Positions 63,925-63,974 of a DNA stretch of 63,974 bases are shown piece by piece. The first letter of the stretch is position 1. The number at the start of each line of letters is the position of its first letter. Source of the DNA: Rhina ancylostomus (lineage: Eukaryota); NCBI GenBank assembly GCA_030265395.1, contig JARFYF010000060.1, positions 21,987,467 to 22,051,440 on the forward strand. Reading direction: 5' to 3'. Under the pieces are notes generated by a model. That model had not been told where the DNA came from. It searched no databases and saw only the letters and a program-made list of their open reading frames with translations. The position numbers and the translations under genes were made by a program.

Positions 63925-63974
63925 CATTGGTAGTATCTACAGGAGGCGCTGCCTCAAGAAGGCAACATCCAGCA
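63925..63974 (+). mobile_element. Rex1/Babar-type LINE fragment running off the window
   Basis: IYRRRCLKKATS resembles the RWCLRKVASI motif of the 27766 copy. Confidence 0.7.

Noticed and set aside
1-63974. CRISPR array, operon or prokaryote-type defence system
   Set aside because: There is no regularly spaced repeat-spacer structure. The sequence is a eukaryotic intron-exon locus and the recurring motifs are dispersed TEs.

Overview
Vertebrate nuclear DNA from a cartilaginous fish (shark or ray), inferred from its repeats: HE1/V-SINE, SacSINE1-like Deu-SINE, CR1, Rex1/Babar and Penelope remnants. The window lies inside one + strand gene, CEP164 (centriole distal-appendage protein). I traced 16 phase-consistent GT-AG exons from 31477 to 61916, encoding the long coiled coil through the KKAVTFDL motif. 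There is also a likely upstream exon at 6584-6655 and several weaker candidate exons. Neither the N-terminal WW region nor the C-terminus is in the window. The introns are full of decayed and nested retroelements, a tRNA-Gly(GCC) pseudogene and 12 N-gaps. Most ORFs in the supplied track are spurious, gap-spanning or TE fragments. I found no convincing novel multi-gene system. The strongest leads are: (1) short fold-back Penelope-derived insertions with hammerhead-ribozyme-like cores and 13-bp target-site duplications; (2) a ~240-bp local inverted duplication inserted next to the predicted ribozyme cleavage site of a Penelope remnant; (3) a perfect 48-bp hairpin; (4) a candidate 33-nt microexon; and (5) a conserved PP1-docking-like motif in CEP164. 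Repeat boundaries are approximate. Family and orthologue assignments come from recalled sequences, not database searches.
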